The notes under the pieces were generated by a model. It was given only the letters and a program-made list of their open reading frames with translations. It had not been told where the DNA came from and did not search any database. Position numbers and translations under genes: made by a program. This document shows, piece by piece, positions 49,823-57,742 of a stretch of 64,000 nt of DNA. Numbering within the stretch: the first letter of the stretch is position 1; each line of letters opens with the position of its first letter. The stretch lies in the IMG/VR virus record IMGVR_UViG_3300025402_000001; one strand, 5' to 3'. This stretch comes from an uncultured virus (IMG/VR IMGVR_UViG_3300025402_000001) (taxonomy: Duplodnaviria > Heunggongvirae > Uroviricota > Caudoviricetes).

Positions 49823-49966
49823 TTATTTAGCTACCATTACGAGCCCAATATTTCCAATTGCATACCCTAGGAACATGATACCAGTGCCTATACTACCCTT
49901 CCAGAACTGTTCACAGGCTATGTAGAAGTATACCGCGCCCATTGCTGCTATTAGCCATGTACTCAT
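49823..49966 (-). CDS. small two-TM membrane protein
   Basis: hand-translated MSTWLIAAMGAVYFY...GYAIGNIGLVMVAK; ATGA coupling. Confidence 0.6.
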   Translation of the reverse strand: MSTWLIAAMGAVYFYIACEQFWKGSIGTGIMFLGYAIGNIGLVMVAK

Positions 49967-50514
49967 CTAAAACCACTCAATCTTGGCGAAAATGAGAACG
50001 TGGCCTGGTACGGATCAGGATTTGGTTGGACGTTATCATCGACCAAAGCACGGATATTCCAACCCAAATTAATATAAATACAACGAGCAAAGCCAACAGG
50101 GGTAATAAGAGTAAATTGAAATAGCCCATTAGCGTGTACCAGACACCATCCTGCTTTTGCATTGTCATTGTCCTTAATAGTCTTGTCACCTTGAACACTA
50201 CATTCATAGGGGGTTTCTAAATACTTAAGACCAAAGCTATACGCTGGATTACGCCATAGCCAATGGACTTGTGACCACCATTGGCCTGGGGGAAACATTG
50301 TTTGAAAAGTAGCGTCACCATTGAGTGAATTATCTGGCGTCATAAACCAGCCTAACCAACTAGGCAAACGTGGCTCCACTGCCTCATAGCTATGATTACC
50401 ACACCAACCATATTGGGGGGTTGCAAACAATGGCAACACTGGCGCCAGTATAACGGCAAGCAATGTCACCAATAAATTGATTGGAACCAATAAAGCGTAA
50501 AGTACATAAATCAT
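49963..50514 (-). CDS. Trp-rich membrane-anchored phage protein
   Basis: N-terminal TM, WFMTPDNSLNGD, WLWRNPAYSF. Confidence 0.65.
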   Translation of the reverse strand: MIYVLYALLVPINLLVTLLAVILAPVLPLFATPQYGWCGNHSYEAVEPRLPSWLGWFMTPDNSLNGDATFQTMFPPGQWWSQVHWLWRNPAYSFGLKYLETPYECSVQGDKTIKDNDNAKAGWCLVHANGLFQFTLITPVGFARCIYINLGWNIRALVDDNVQPNPDPYQATFSFSPRLSGFR

Positions 50515-51665
50515 ACAAAATCCTCCTTAGCATCTTCCTTAGCCCGTACCAGTTTTGGCTCACCTTCTGGTCGTAGGATCAACTCACCTAACCACGCGGC
50601 GACCTGCCCCTTAGGTCCCAGCTTCTCCAGTGTAGCTATTGATTTGAGCTTCTGGGGCTCCCAAATCGTTTGTGGGTCCATACCCCTCTCAACTAGCACA
50701 ACGGCCGCTAGGGCGCTGTCAGAGATCTTACGGTGTGTCTTTGTGGTGGAGAGTGTGTACCCTGGTGGAACAATGTTCTGATTAATAGCACGACTTAGAG
50801 CAAACTCTTCTACATCGTTACACCATGTCTTTAGCCCTTGAGCTTTGGCGAGGACTTCGCTGACTTCTTCTTCGGTGAGGAGGGGCGGGGCTTTGAACTC
50901 TTGACGGGCGAGCTCGGTGTTAAAATCCGACCGGGCGCGGCACTGCGCTTTTGCGCGGCAGAACTGACACCACTCACCGGGGAGGAACTCACCGGCACCG
51001 CCCCACGCTTTCTTGGCTTTGCTTTTGACAAAGTACTCGGCCCAGTCGATAAGTTTACGGATGCTGGTACCATCGGTACTGATACTGTCAAGTCGGGGTT
51101 GATGTATCGTGTAACTGACTTCTTGGATTTCCGGGAACTCTTCTTTGAACTTGGAGTAGGCTCCAAGTGCGTAAAGTCGTAGCTGCGGGTTATCTTGCGC
51201 ATGTACCGGAATGCCTTTTCCGAACTTGAGGTCGATGACGCGAATGGTGTGCTTAGAAAGTATAACCACATCGGCCGTACCAAATCCGTCAGGAACCCAA
51301 TCACTGAAGTCCACACGCTGCTCAAATAAAGGTGTATCGCCGTCTCCAATCTGAGACCGGACATAAAGAACGTAGTTATCAACGTTGGCCTCGAAATCGT
51401 CTCGTTCAATGGGGGAGTAGTTTTTGTAGATCGGGTGCGTCTTGATGATTTCGTATTCGCGGTCATATTCGTCGTGTCCTATTTGATTAAATTGAAGTCG
51501 TAGGCGTATTTCGCCAAGTGAGTGTGCCAGTGTACCTTCCGCAGAGAAATCAATCCCCTTGGTATTTCGTTTCTGTTCTGGTAGTGTGGCCTCAAGTCTG
51601 GCCGAGGGGGTGCAGGATAGCCACCTTTTGGAGCCTGAAGCGGATAAAAGCGCATGTGCTGTCAA
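50511..51665 (-). CDS. Cas4-like PD-(D/E)xK nuclease (DUF2800)
   Basis: HALLSASGS.RWL.C, FGTADV, IDLKFG, NPQL.LY, CQFC..C. Confidence 0.9.
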   Translation of the reverse strand: MTAHALLSASGSKRWLSCTPSARLEATLPEQKRNTKGIDFSAEGTLAHSLGEIRLRLQFNQIGHDEYDREYEIIKTHPIYKNYSPIERDDFEANVDNYVLYVRSQIGDGDTPLFEQRVDFSDWVPDGFGTADVVILSKHTIRVIDLKFGKGIPVHAQDNPQLRLYALGAYSKFKEEFPEIQEVSYTIHQPRLDSISTDGTSIRKLIDWAEYFVKSKAKKAWGGAGEFLPGEWCQFCRAKAQCRARSDFNTELARQEFKAPPLLTEEEVSEVLAKAQGLKTWCNDVEEFALSRAINQNIVPPGYTLSTTKTHRKISDSALAAVVLVERGMDPQTIWEPQKLKSIATLEKLGPKGQVAAWLGELILRPEGEPKLVRAKEDAKEDFV

Positions 51666-51696
51666 TTTAGTCTTTCGTGTCTGATTAGTCGTACAT

Positions 51697-51736
51697 ATAT
51701 TAATGCAAAAAAGGCACCCTTTTGAGGTGCCTTTTT
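51697..51736 (-). terminator. intrinsic terminator fused to promoter motif
   Basis: AAAAAGGCACCT..GGGTGCC-TTTTTT-GCATTAATAT on the minus strand. Confidence 0.8.
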
Positions 51737-51761
51737 ATTTATTTTTTAGGTAGGGCGGAAT

Positions 51762-52157
51762 TTATTCTTTTAATGCCTTAATTAAAGCAGCTATTTCACC
51801 GTTAAAATCTACCACAACTTCTTTTTTAATATCCTGCTTGATATCCATACGTTGTGAGTAGTCGTCTGGGTATTGTCCTTTTAAGGCCACTTCAGCAACT
51901 CTAGAATTAAAGGCTTTATTGTCAATGTTAGCTAGTAGCATCATCTCCCAAAACGCCTGCCCGTAGGTAGTTGCTAGGTCTAGTACCTCAGCAAACTCCG
52001 GATCCTCTTTTTTCCACTTAGCTGCGGTGGCCTTACTGATATTAATTGCGGCGTACATGGTTTTTTGGGATGCGCCCTGCTTACCGAGTTCCAAAACGGT
52101 CTTAGCCATTTCCTCAGTGAACATTTTTTTATTTGGTGATGGTTTTTTTGTGGTCAT
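51762..52157 (-). CDS. putative terminase small subunit (HTH)
   Basis: GASQ..INISKAT..W....PEFAE..A...GQAFWE..FNS pattern typical of TerS. Confidence 0.6.
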   Translation of the reverse strand: MTTKKPSPNKKMFTEEMAKTVLELGKQGASQKTMYAAINISKATAAKWKKEDPEFAEVLDLATTYGQAFWEMMLLANIDNKAFNSRVAEVALKGQYPDDYSQRMDIKQDIKKEVVVDFNGEIAALIKALKE

Positions 52158-52256
52158 AATTTTTCTAATTATTGTGGGGTGCCTGGATTCTATGATGGCT
52201 CCAGGGGGCCATTAGCTTTCTTTACAGCTCGGAGAGCTTCACAGCTAGTCCTATCT

Positions 52257-52289
52257 ATATTAATGCAAAAAACCGCACCATTCCGCCCT
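52257..52289 (-). promoter_or_regulatory. phage promoter motif
   Basis: AGGGCGG-N15-TGCATTAATAT. Confidence 0.8.
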
Positions 52290-52533
52290 AAAAATCACCG
52301 GGCAGAATGATAGTCTTTTTAGGTGCCGAGGGTGGCGTTTTATCGCCATGCTCCCTGCGGTACCTTAACGCGTCATTTAGCATCATCTTGGTCATTGCCA
52401 GCGCTTTTTCCTGGTGCTCCTGCTCCTTTTGGGCGTTGGTTCGCTCAGCTTTTCGCTCTACTTCCTTGATGATATTGTTGCTAATTCCTGCGTGTTTAAG
52501 CAGCTGCTTGAGGTTCACTTGGGGCCTCCTCAT
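52288..52533 (-). CDS. hypothetical protein
   Basis: ORF in the minus-strand operon. Confidence 0.55.
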   Translation of the reverse strand: MRRPQVNLKQLLKHAGISNNIIKEVERKAERTNAQKEQEHQEKALAMTKMMLNDALRYRREHGDKTPPSAPKKTIILPGDF

Positions 52534-52711
52534 TTACCTGTGGTGCGCACTGTGCCTGTATGGCATTGATCAAACCAACAGATTGAACAAACGGCAAGGT
52601 GCCTAACAAATTCAAGATGGCGTTAATATCTTTAACACTAAACTTCAATGTTAAAATTTTGCTCTCTAATGGGTCTACTTCTGTTGCTGCTACGTCGACT
52701 GTATCAGTCAT
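52496..52711 (-). CDS. hypothetical protein
   Basis: ATGA-coupled ORF. Confidence 0.6.
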   Translation of the reverse strand: MTDTVDVAATEVDPLESKILTLKFSVKDINAILNLLGTLPFVQSVGLINAIQAQCAPQVNEEAPSEPQAAA

Positions 52712-52998
52712 TTTTTACTTCCTTTCTTAGGTTGTTTAATTCCAAACATTTCATATCTTGCTTCTAACTGCTTCGGGTCTGTGCAGTACTGGTTAAGCTC
52801 CATCTTCTGACAATACATATCCATTAAGGACTCGCAGCGCATGTCGTGGAGGGTCTTAATGCCAAGTAATGCGTTTAGTACATCATCTTCGCTCATTGGT
52901 ACAGGGTGATCGCCGTAATGTTTGAACAATAAATTGATATCCTCACTAGTTTGCCACGCCAGCATAATGGCAGATTCTAGGTCAATTTTTGGGTTCAT
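52708..52998 (-). CDS. hypothetical protein
   Basis: ATGA-coupled ORF. Confidence 0.65.
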   Translation of the reverse strand: MNPKIDLESAIMLAWQTSEDINLLFKHYGDHPVPMSEDDVLNALLGIKTLHDMRCESLMDMYCQKMELNQYCTDPKQLEARYEMFGIKQPKKGSKK

Positions 52999-53225
52999 TT
53001 CATCCTCTTCTTAGCTTTTTTAATATCTGCGTCAAAGTTAACGCTATACCAACCACCGACTATCTTAATTGCTGGGAGTAGTACTTCCCATGAAGCAATG
53101 TCATCCTCATGCCAAGCATCGCCATTTTTCATCATACTTGAGACACTGACATAACTTTCTGCTAGACCAGATCTTATAATCTCGTCTGTAAAATCATTAT
53201 CTAATTCTAATTTCATTTCCCACAC
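52995..53225 (-). CDS. hypothetical protein
   Basis: coupled ORF. Confidence 0.6.
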   Translation of the reverse strand: MWEMKLELDNDFTDEIIRSGLAESYVSVSSMMKNGDAWHEDDIASWEVLLPAIKIVGGWYSVNFDADIKKAKKRMK

Positions 53226-53446
53226 TCCTCTTCTTGTTTGTTTACTTTAATTCGTTTTGCAATCTCCCGGCCAATGTACCACTGCGCCTTGCGTAGGTCT
53301 TCTACCGCGTCCTTCTTTAGATCACATCGCCAGATATACTTTAGTGCGTTACCAAGGTTAAACTCCATGTGCTCTGTGATTTGAATACACTCAACGCCAC
53401 TTGGGTGCTCTGTATAGTGCTTAGGATGGTTGACTGGATCGTGCAT
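53213..53446 (-). CDS. DUF3310 family protein
   Basis: DPVNHPKHYT..ECI..GNALKYIWR..K..EDLRKAQWY. Confidence 0.88.
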   Translation of the reverse strand: MHDPVNHPKHYTEHPSGVECIQITEHMEFNLGNALKYIWRCDLKKDAVEDLRKAQWYIGREIAKRIKVNKQEEECGK

Positions 53447-53615
53447 GTCTTAGCTCCTTAAGTTGTTTTTCCATGATCTGTAGCTCTTCCTGGCTATCAC
53501 ATACCCAGAGCCCCAATAAATCTTTATACATGCTAGTGTCGATATCTTCCACACCGCAAATTGTCTCCATAACATAACTGCCTCTGTATCTGTGCTCCAC
53601 AATGAAATGAGTCAT
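53421..53615 (-). CDS. hypothetical protein
   Basis: ATGA-coupled ORF. Confidence 0.55.
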   Translation of the reverse strand: MTHFIVEHRYRGSYVMETICGVEDIDTSMYKDLLGLWVCDSQEELQIMEKQLKELRHARSSQPS

Positions 53616-53923
53616 AGCTTTAATTCCTTTTTAATGAACTCAACACCCTTAAAGAAATGATACCTCCAATACTTTTCTGTTACCCCAACGTCAGCATAAT
53701 TTAATCCATCTAAAAACGCCTCTAATACAAATTGTTGTTTTGTTGGCAAAACATCTGATATCATTCTTCGGATATCACTTACATCTTCCGGGTTCCAAGG
53801 CAGCCACCCCTCAAGTATCGGTGGGTTGGGCTCAACGCTATCCTCTTTTTCAAGGGGGTCAATGTCCTCATCCGAAAGCCTGGGGGCAATAGCGTTGATC
53901 TTGTGCTTGGTTTTTGTTTTCAT
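53612..53923 (-). CDS. stand-alone sigma70 region 4-like HTH protein
   Basis: IRRMISDVLPTKQQFVLEAFLDGLNYADVG..KGVEFIKKEL resembles sigma4; promoter motif at 53927-53937. Confidence 0.55.
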   Translation of the reverse strand: MKTKTKHKINAIAPRLSDEDIDPLEKEDSVEPNPPILEGWLPWNPEDVSDIRRMISDVLPTKQQFVLEAFLDGLNYADVGVTEKYWRYHFFKGVEFIKKELKL

Positions 53924-53924
53924 A

Positions 53925-55268
53925 CTATATTAATGCAAAATTCAGGGTGTCTAGAAGGGCCTGTTGCAAATTTATTTTTCCGTCCAGTACCTTGACCACC
54001 TGCTCGTCGATACTATTAGACATTGTTAGGTGGTGTATAATAACGGGCTTGGTCTGTCCTTGTCTGTATATCCTTGCATTTGCCTGTATATAGTTCTCTG
54101 AGCTCCATGGGAGATCAAACCAGACTGTCTGCGCTGTATCACCAACGTTGCACTGAAGATTGAGCCCGATGCCTCCAGATTGTGGGTGTGCAAATAGCAT
54201 GCGGATCTCTCCTCTACGCCACGCCTCAATGTTGTCATCATCCAATACCACACCCTGTGGAAACTGAAGCCGTAGTCTTTGGAGGGAATGTTTGAAGTGG
54301 TAGAACACCAGCGTAGGAGAGGAGCTCTCCTCCATGATCGACTCAAGATATTCCAGCTTAGAGCGGTGGACTTCATGCGTGTCCCCCTGCTCGTCATAGA
54401 CCGCGCCTGATGTAAATTGAAGGAGCTTGTTCGCGAGTGCCGCCGCTGTTGGGGCTGTGATTTTTTCTTTTTTGATGTCGACAACCATCTCTTTTCTAAG
54501 CTCATCGTATTGTTTCCTTACCTGTGGGTCAAAAGATATACTGTGGTATACATAGGTACATTCGGGTAGTTGCAGGTAGTCCTCTGCCTTAAGTGAGAAA
54601 CAGATGTCTGATATTTTGTCCTGTACAATCTTATCACATCCGGCCTTAAACTTCCATGAGTACACCACCCGGGTGTGCCGGTTCATTTGATCCGGCGTCA
54701 TGTATTTGTCCCTAAAGCGGGTAAGGCTAGTCTCCAAACGCTCTCCTAAGTCCAATATACCCACCTGGGACCAGAGATCTTGCATGCCCTGAGGGGTAGG
54801 TGTACCAGTGAGGATTAAACGCCGTGAGAAGCCCTTTAAATGCTTCTTAAGCGCCTTGAATCGTTTGGTGCTTGGGTCCTTAAATCTGGACGATTCATCT
54901 ATTACTAAGTTAGTAAACACTAACTTGTCTGAAAGGCCACAGAGCCACGCTACGTTTTCAAGGTTAACTAAATAAATATCTGCCTCCAAATTTAATGCTG
55001 CTAGTCTTTGGCTTGGGCCTCCCATTATCTTGCTGACTTTGAGGTGCTTTAGATGGTCCCATTTTTTCACCTCGGCATCCCATACCGTCTCTGCTACTCG
55101 CTTGGGTGCTATGATTAGTGTCTTCCCCACGAATTGTTCCGCTATGATCGTCAGGGCGGTTGTTGTTTTCCCCAAACCTGGGCAAAGTAAAAGTCCCATG
55201 TTTCGTACGGATATCGCCTTGTTGATTAGGTCTTGTTGATACTGGTGTAGCTGTGTTCTTTTTAGCAT
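53925..55268 (-). CDS. SNF2-family SF2 helicase
   Basis: LHQYQ, PGLGKT, VIDESS, LTGTP, GIGLNLQ, QANARIYRQGQ. Confidence 0.92.
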   Translation of the reverse strand: MLKRTQLHQYQQDLINKAISVRNMGLLLCPGLGKTTTALTIIAEQFVGKTLIIAPKRVAETVWDAEVKKWDHLKHLKVSKIMGGPSQRLAALNLEADIYLVNLENVAWLCGLSDKLVFTNLVIDESSRFKDPSTKRFKALKKHLKGFSRRLILTGTPTPQGMQDLWSQVGILDLGERLETSLTRFRDKYMTPDQMNRHTRVVYSWKFKAGCDKIVQDKISDICFSLKAEDYLQLPECTYVYHSISFDPQVRKQYDELRKEMVVDIKKEKITAPTAAALANKLLQFTSGAVYDEQGDTHEVHRSKLEYLESIMEESSSPTLVFYHFKHSLQRLRLQFPQGVVLDDDNIEAWRRGEIRMLFAHPQSGGIGLNLQCNVGDTAQTVWFDLPWSSENYIQANARIYRQGQTKPVIIHHLTMSNSIDEQVVKVLDGKINLQQALLDTLNFALI

Positions 55269-55611
55269 GTGTTTGATTCCATATCCAGTCTGCAATGTCG
55301 TAGTGGTCCTGCATTGTCCCATTGTCCTTCATCTTGTTTGCCTTGCTGCTGATAAACGCGATGTTACCAACGACGTACCCAATCTCGGGGTGTATCTTAT
55401 CTAGCTGGGGGGTATCGAGGCGGGTCTTTCCCTTACCCAGCCCCGACGCGCCCCATACAAATGGTGTATTAAATATGGGGCACACATCGGTTGCAATGTC
55501 TACTAGGTCCTTAAGCGTGAGATTAAATGGGACATTGTCCCTAATGGACCTGGCCCTTGCGTTGCCTAGGTATGCCTTAAGGTGTTGTAGCTTTGTTGAT
55601 GAAATCATCAA
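54964..55611 (-). CDS. HNH homing endonuclease with tail overlapping the helicase gene
   Basis: CPIF..PQLDKIHPEIGYVVGNIAFIS.KAN.MK. Confidence 0.8.
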   Translation of the reverse strand: MMISSTKLQHLKAYLGNARARSIRDNVPFNLTLKDLVDIATDVCPIFNTPFVWGASGLGKGKTRLDTPQLDKIHPEIGYVVGNIAFISSKANKMKDNGTMQDHYDIADWIWNQTHAKKNTATPVSTRPNQQGDIRTKHGTFTLPRFGENNNRPDDHSGTIRGEDTNHSTQASSRDGMGCRGEKMGPSKAPQSQQDNGRPKPKTSSIKFGGRYLFS

Positions 55612-55852
55612 TTTGCTCCTTGCTTCTTAGGATTTGTACCTCAAAGCCCTGTTCATTTAGTTGGGAAAAAACTATCGTCTGCCTTGGAGATATCTTGCCA
55701 GTCAAAGTCTTTAGCTCCACTAGATACACCTGCCCCGCTAGGAAAACTAGACGATCCGGTACCCCCGACACTGAGCTGATCCACTTGAAGCTCAGGCCCT
55801 TTGACTCTTTTACTTTTTTGTTTAAGTAGCTTTCCACTTGCTTTTCTAGCAT
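55577..55852 (-). CDS. VRR-NUC domain nuclease
   Basis: LEKQVE..GVPDR..VELK..G..S.RQ. Confidence 0.9.
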   Translation of the reverse strand: MLEKQVESYLNKKVKESKGLSFKWISSVSGVPDRLVFLAGQVYLVELKTLTGKISPRQTIVFSQLNEQGFEVQILRSKEQIDDFINKATTP

Positions 55853-56249
55853 GTTTTTCTTTCTCATGTAAACAGATCTTAAAGATCTGGCCGGCTAAGT
55901 GACCGGATAGGTAGGCCCGGGTCTCATTGACAAAGTTATCCTCTTCACCTATATGCTCGGCCAGATGATCCACAGCGTGACTAACTTCGTGAGCAATCGT
56001 ATCAACCAGCTCGCCAAGGTTATCGTTAACAAGAGACATATCAAAAACCAAAATAATGATAGCATCTTTTCCGTCGCCAATGAGGTGCGTCTCAGCAATT
56101 CCACAATCCAGCGCGTTAGCTTTAAGGGTAACATCGTGATCCTTTAGTATCTGTTGAAAGACAGTATTGTCAAAGCATAGCTTAACGATGTCTGGAAAGA
56201 ATCCGACGTTGAGCTTGTAGTAGTTATACTTTTTATTTTTGATGGCCAT
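55653..56249 (-). CDS. HExxH-motif protein (metallopeptidase-like)
   Basis: IAHEVSHAV...NETRAYL. Confidence 0.65.
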   Translation of the reverse strand: MAIKNKKYNYYKLNVGFFPDIVKLCFDNTVFQQILKDHDVTLKANALDCGIAETHLIGDGKDAIIILVFDMSLVNDNLGELVDTIAHEVSHAVDHLAEHIGEEDNFVNETRAYLSGHLAGQIFKICLHEKEKHARKASGKLLKQKSKRVKGPELQVDQLSVGGTGSSSFPSGAGVSSGAKDFDWQDISKADDSFFPTK

Positions 56250-57739
56250 TAGTGTCTCGTGTTCTTTGGCTTGTTTAGTTGGGCCAGGATCTCTTCTCGC
56301 TCCTCGTCATCAAGGTCATCGACTGAGACAGACTCCTCAAAGATTTCACCTGTCTCAACAAGCTGCGTAATGCCACGCACGAGCTCCATGTACTCCTCCT
56401 CACCTAGGTCCAACTCATCGGCCCAACCCTCCACAAATACCACCGGCATCTTCTTGGTCATCTATTTCCCCTTAATATATTTAGCATGCGTTTTGTGTAG
56501 GAATCTTTTGGTGTTTTTTCCTGCTCAATGTGTTGCTTTAGGAGTGCAATAACACCAATCTCAACGAGCTTACTGGTTGTGAATTCATTGAGGTCAAGGT
56601 TGTAATTTGCGGAGCCGTCATCATTCTCACTGACGTAGGTCATTGTGAACTGGATGTCGTTTGTATCTGATAAATAGGGCTTTGTCATTTCTTTAGTCCT
56701 TTACGTAGTTCATGTGAGTGTAGTTTTTTGCCTGGGTCCTTTACCTCACCGGCCGACTTGGCCACCTTGGCGGCCTTAGTGCGACCGACAACTTCACCTG
56801 TGGATAGTACAAAGTCATGCTTGGCTCCCTTGGCGCCCTTGCCGGCCTTTTTGATGATGTCGTCGTGGCTCTGTGATGGTGTGCCCTTGACTACCTTGCC
56901 GGACTTCTCTTTAATTGCTGGCTCAATTACTTTAACTTTTTTAGTCATCTCTTTTCCTTTTGTTGTACGTGCCACTGACATAGCTCCTTGTAGTACCTAA
57001 TTTCTTTTTCATATTTTTCATAGGTTCGGTTGTAAATATCAATCTGCTGCTGTAGCTCAGGGTCTTTGGGTTTGGCCCAGTAGCCTGCTAGTGCGCCTGC
57101 TAGGAAGGCGATGAATAGTTCAGTCATTTTTCCAATCCGTTTCTTAAGCACACAAACCGATATACTTTTGAGCTGCCTCTTGTTAGTCCTTCAGCTTGGT
57201 TGCCGGCTCTTTGACATTGTTCTTGCGACGTAAAACCATCAATGTGTTGCAGTGCCACGCTGTCACCATTGGCAAGTACTCCGGCATAAATATACATTAC
57301 TAAAATCCAATTCATACATTTCTCCAATATGTGTCGTTAGGGTTGGCCAGCATGCTGGCAATAAGCTCGTCTGCGGTTTGGAACCACTGGATGCACTTGA
57401 GCCCGTCTGCTTGGTAGATGGTGAAGCTCATCTCAATACCTCTGCTGATTTAAGTTCACCTGTTTCACCATCATGGATAAGTTTCAATGCTCTTTCCGAG
57501 TTTCTTACATAACAGCTTATTGGAGCTTCTGACCATCCATGTTCATTAAAAGTTAAAAATGTTGTGTAATCGGGCTTAAATTCCGGCTTGATGCGAAAAT
57601 CCAAATTTTTGTTGCTCCAAACTGGGTCAGTTGTATCAAACCACTCATTTGAATTTCCCACATGACTGCATAAAGTTCTTGCTTCAATTTCAGCACCATC
57701 AGCCCATGCTTTTATTATTTCTGCGTGTGGGTGTTTCAT
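56249..57739 (-). other. run of small hypothetical genes (56249-56461, 56458-56688, 56685-56948, 56945-57127, 57124-57315, 57428-57739)
   Basis: consecutive ORFs, mostly ATGA/TAATG coupled. Confidence 0.6.
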
Positions 57740-57742
57740 AGC

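Noticed and set aside
4051..51466. Many alternative-frame and antisense ORFs inside long genes (e.g. 4051-4602, 17989-18651, 46709-47287, 50831-51466)
   Set aside because: Shadow ORFs from codon bias; no RBS or recognisable motifs
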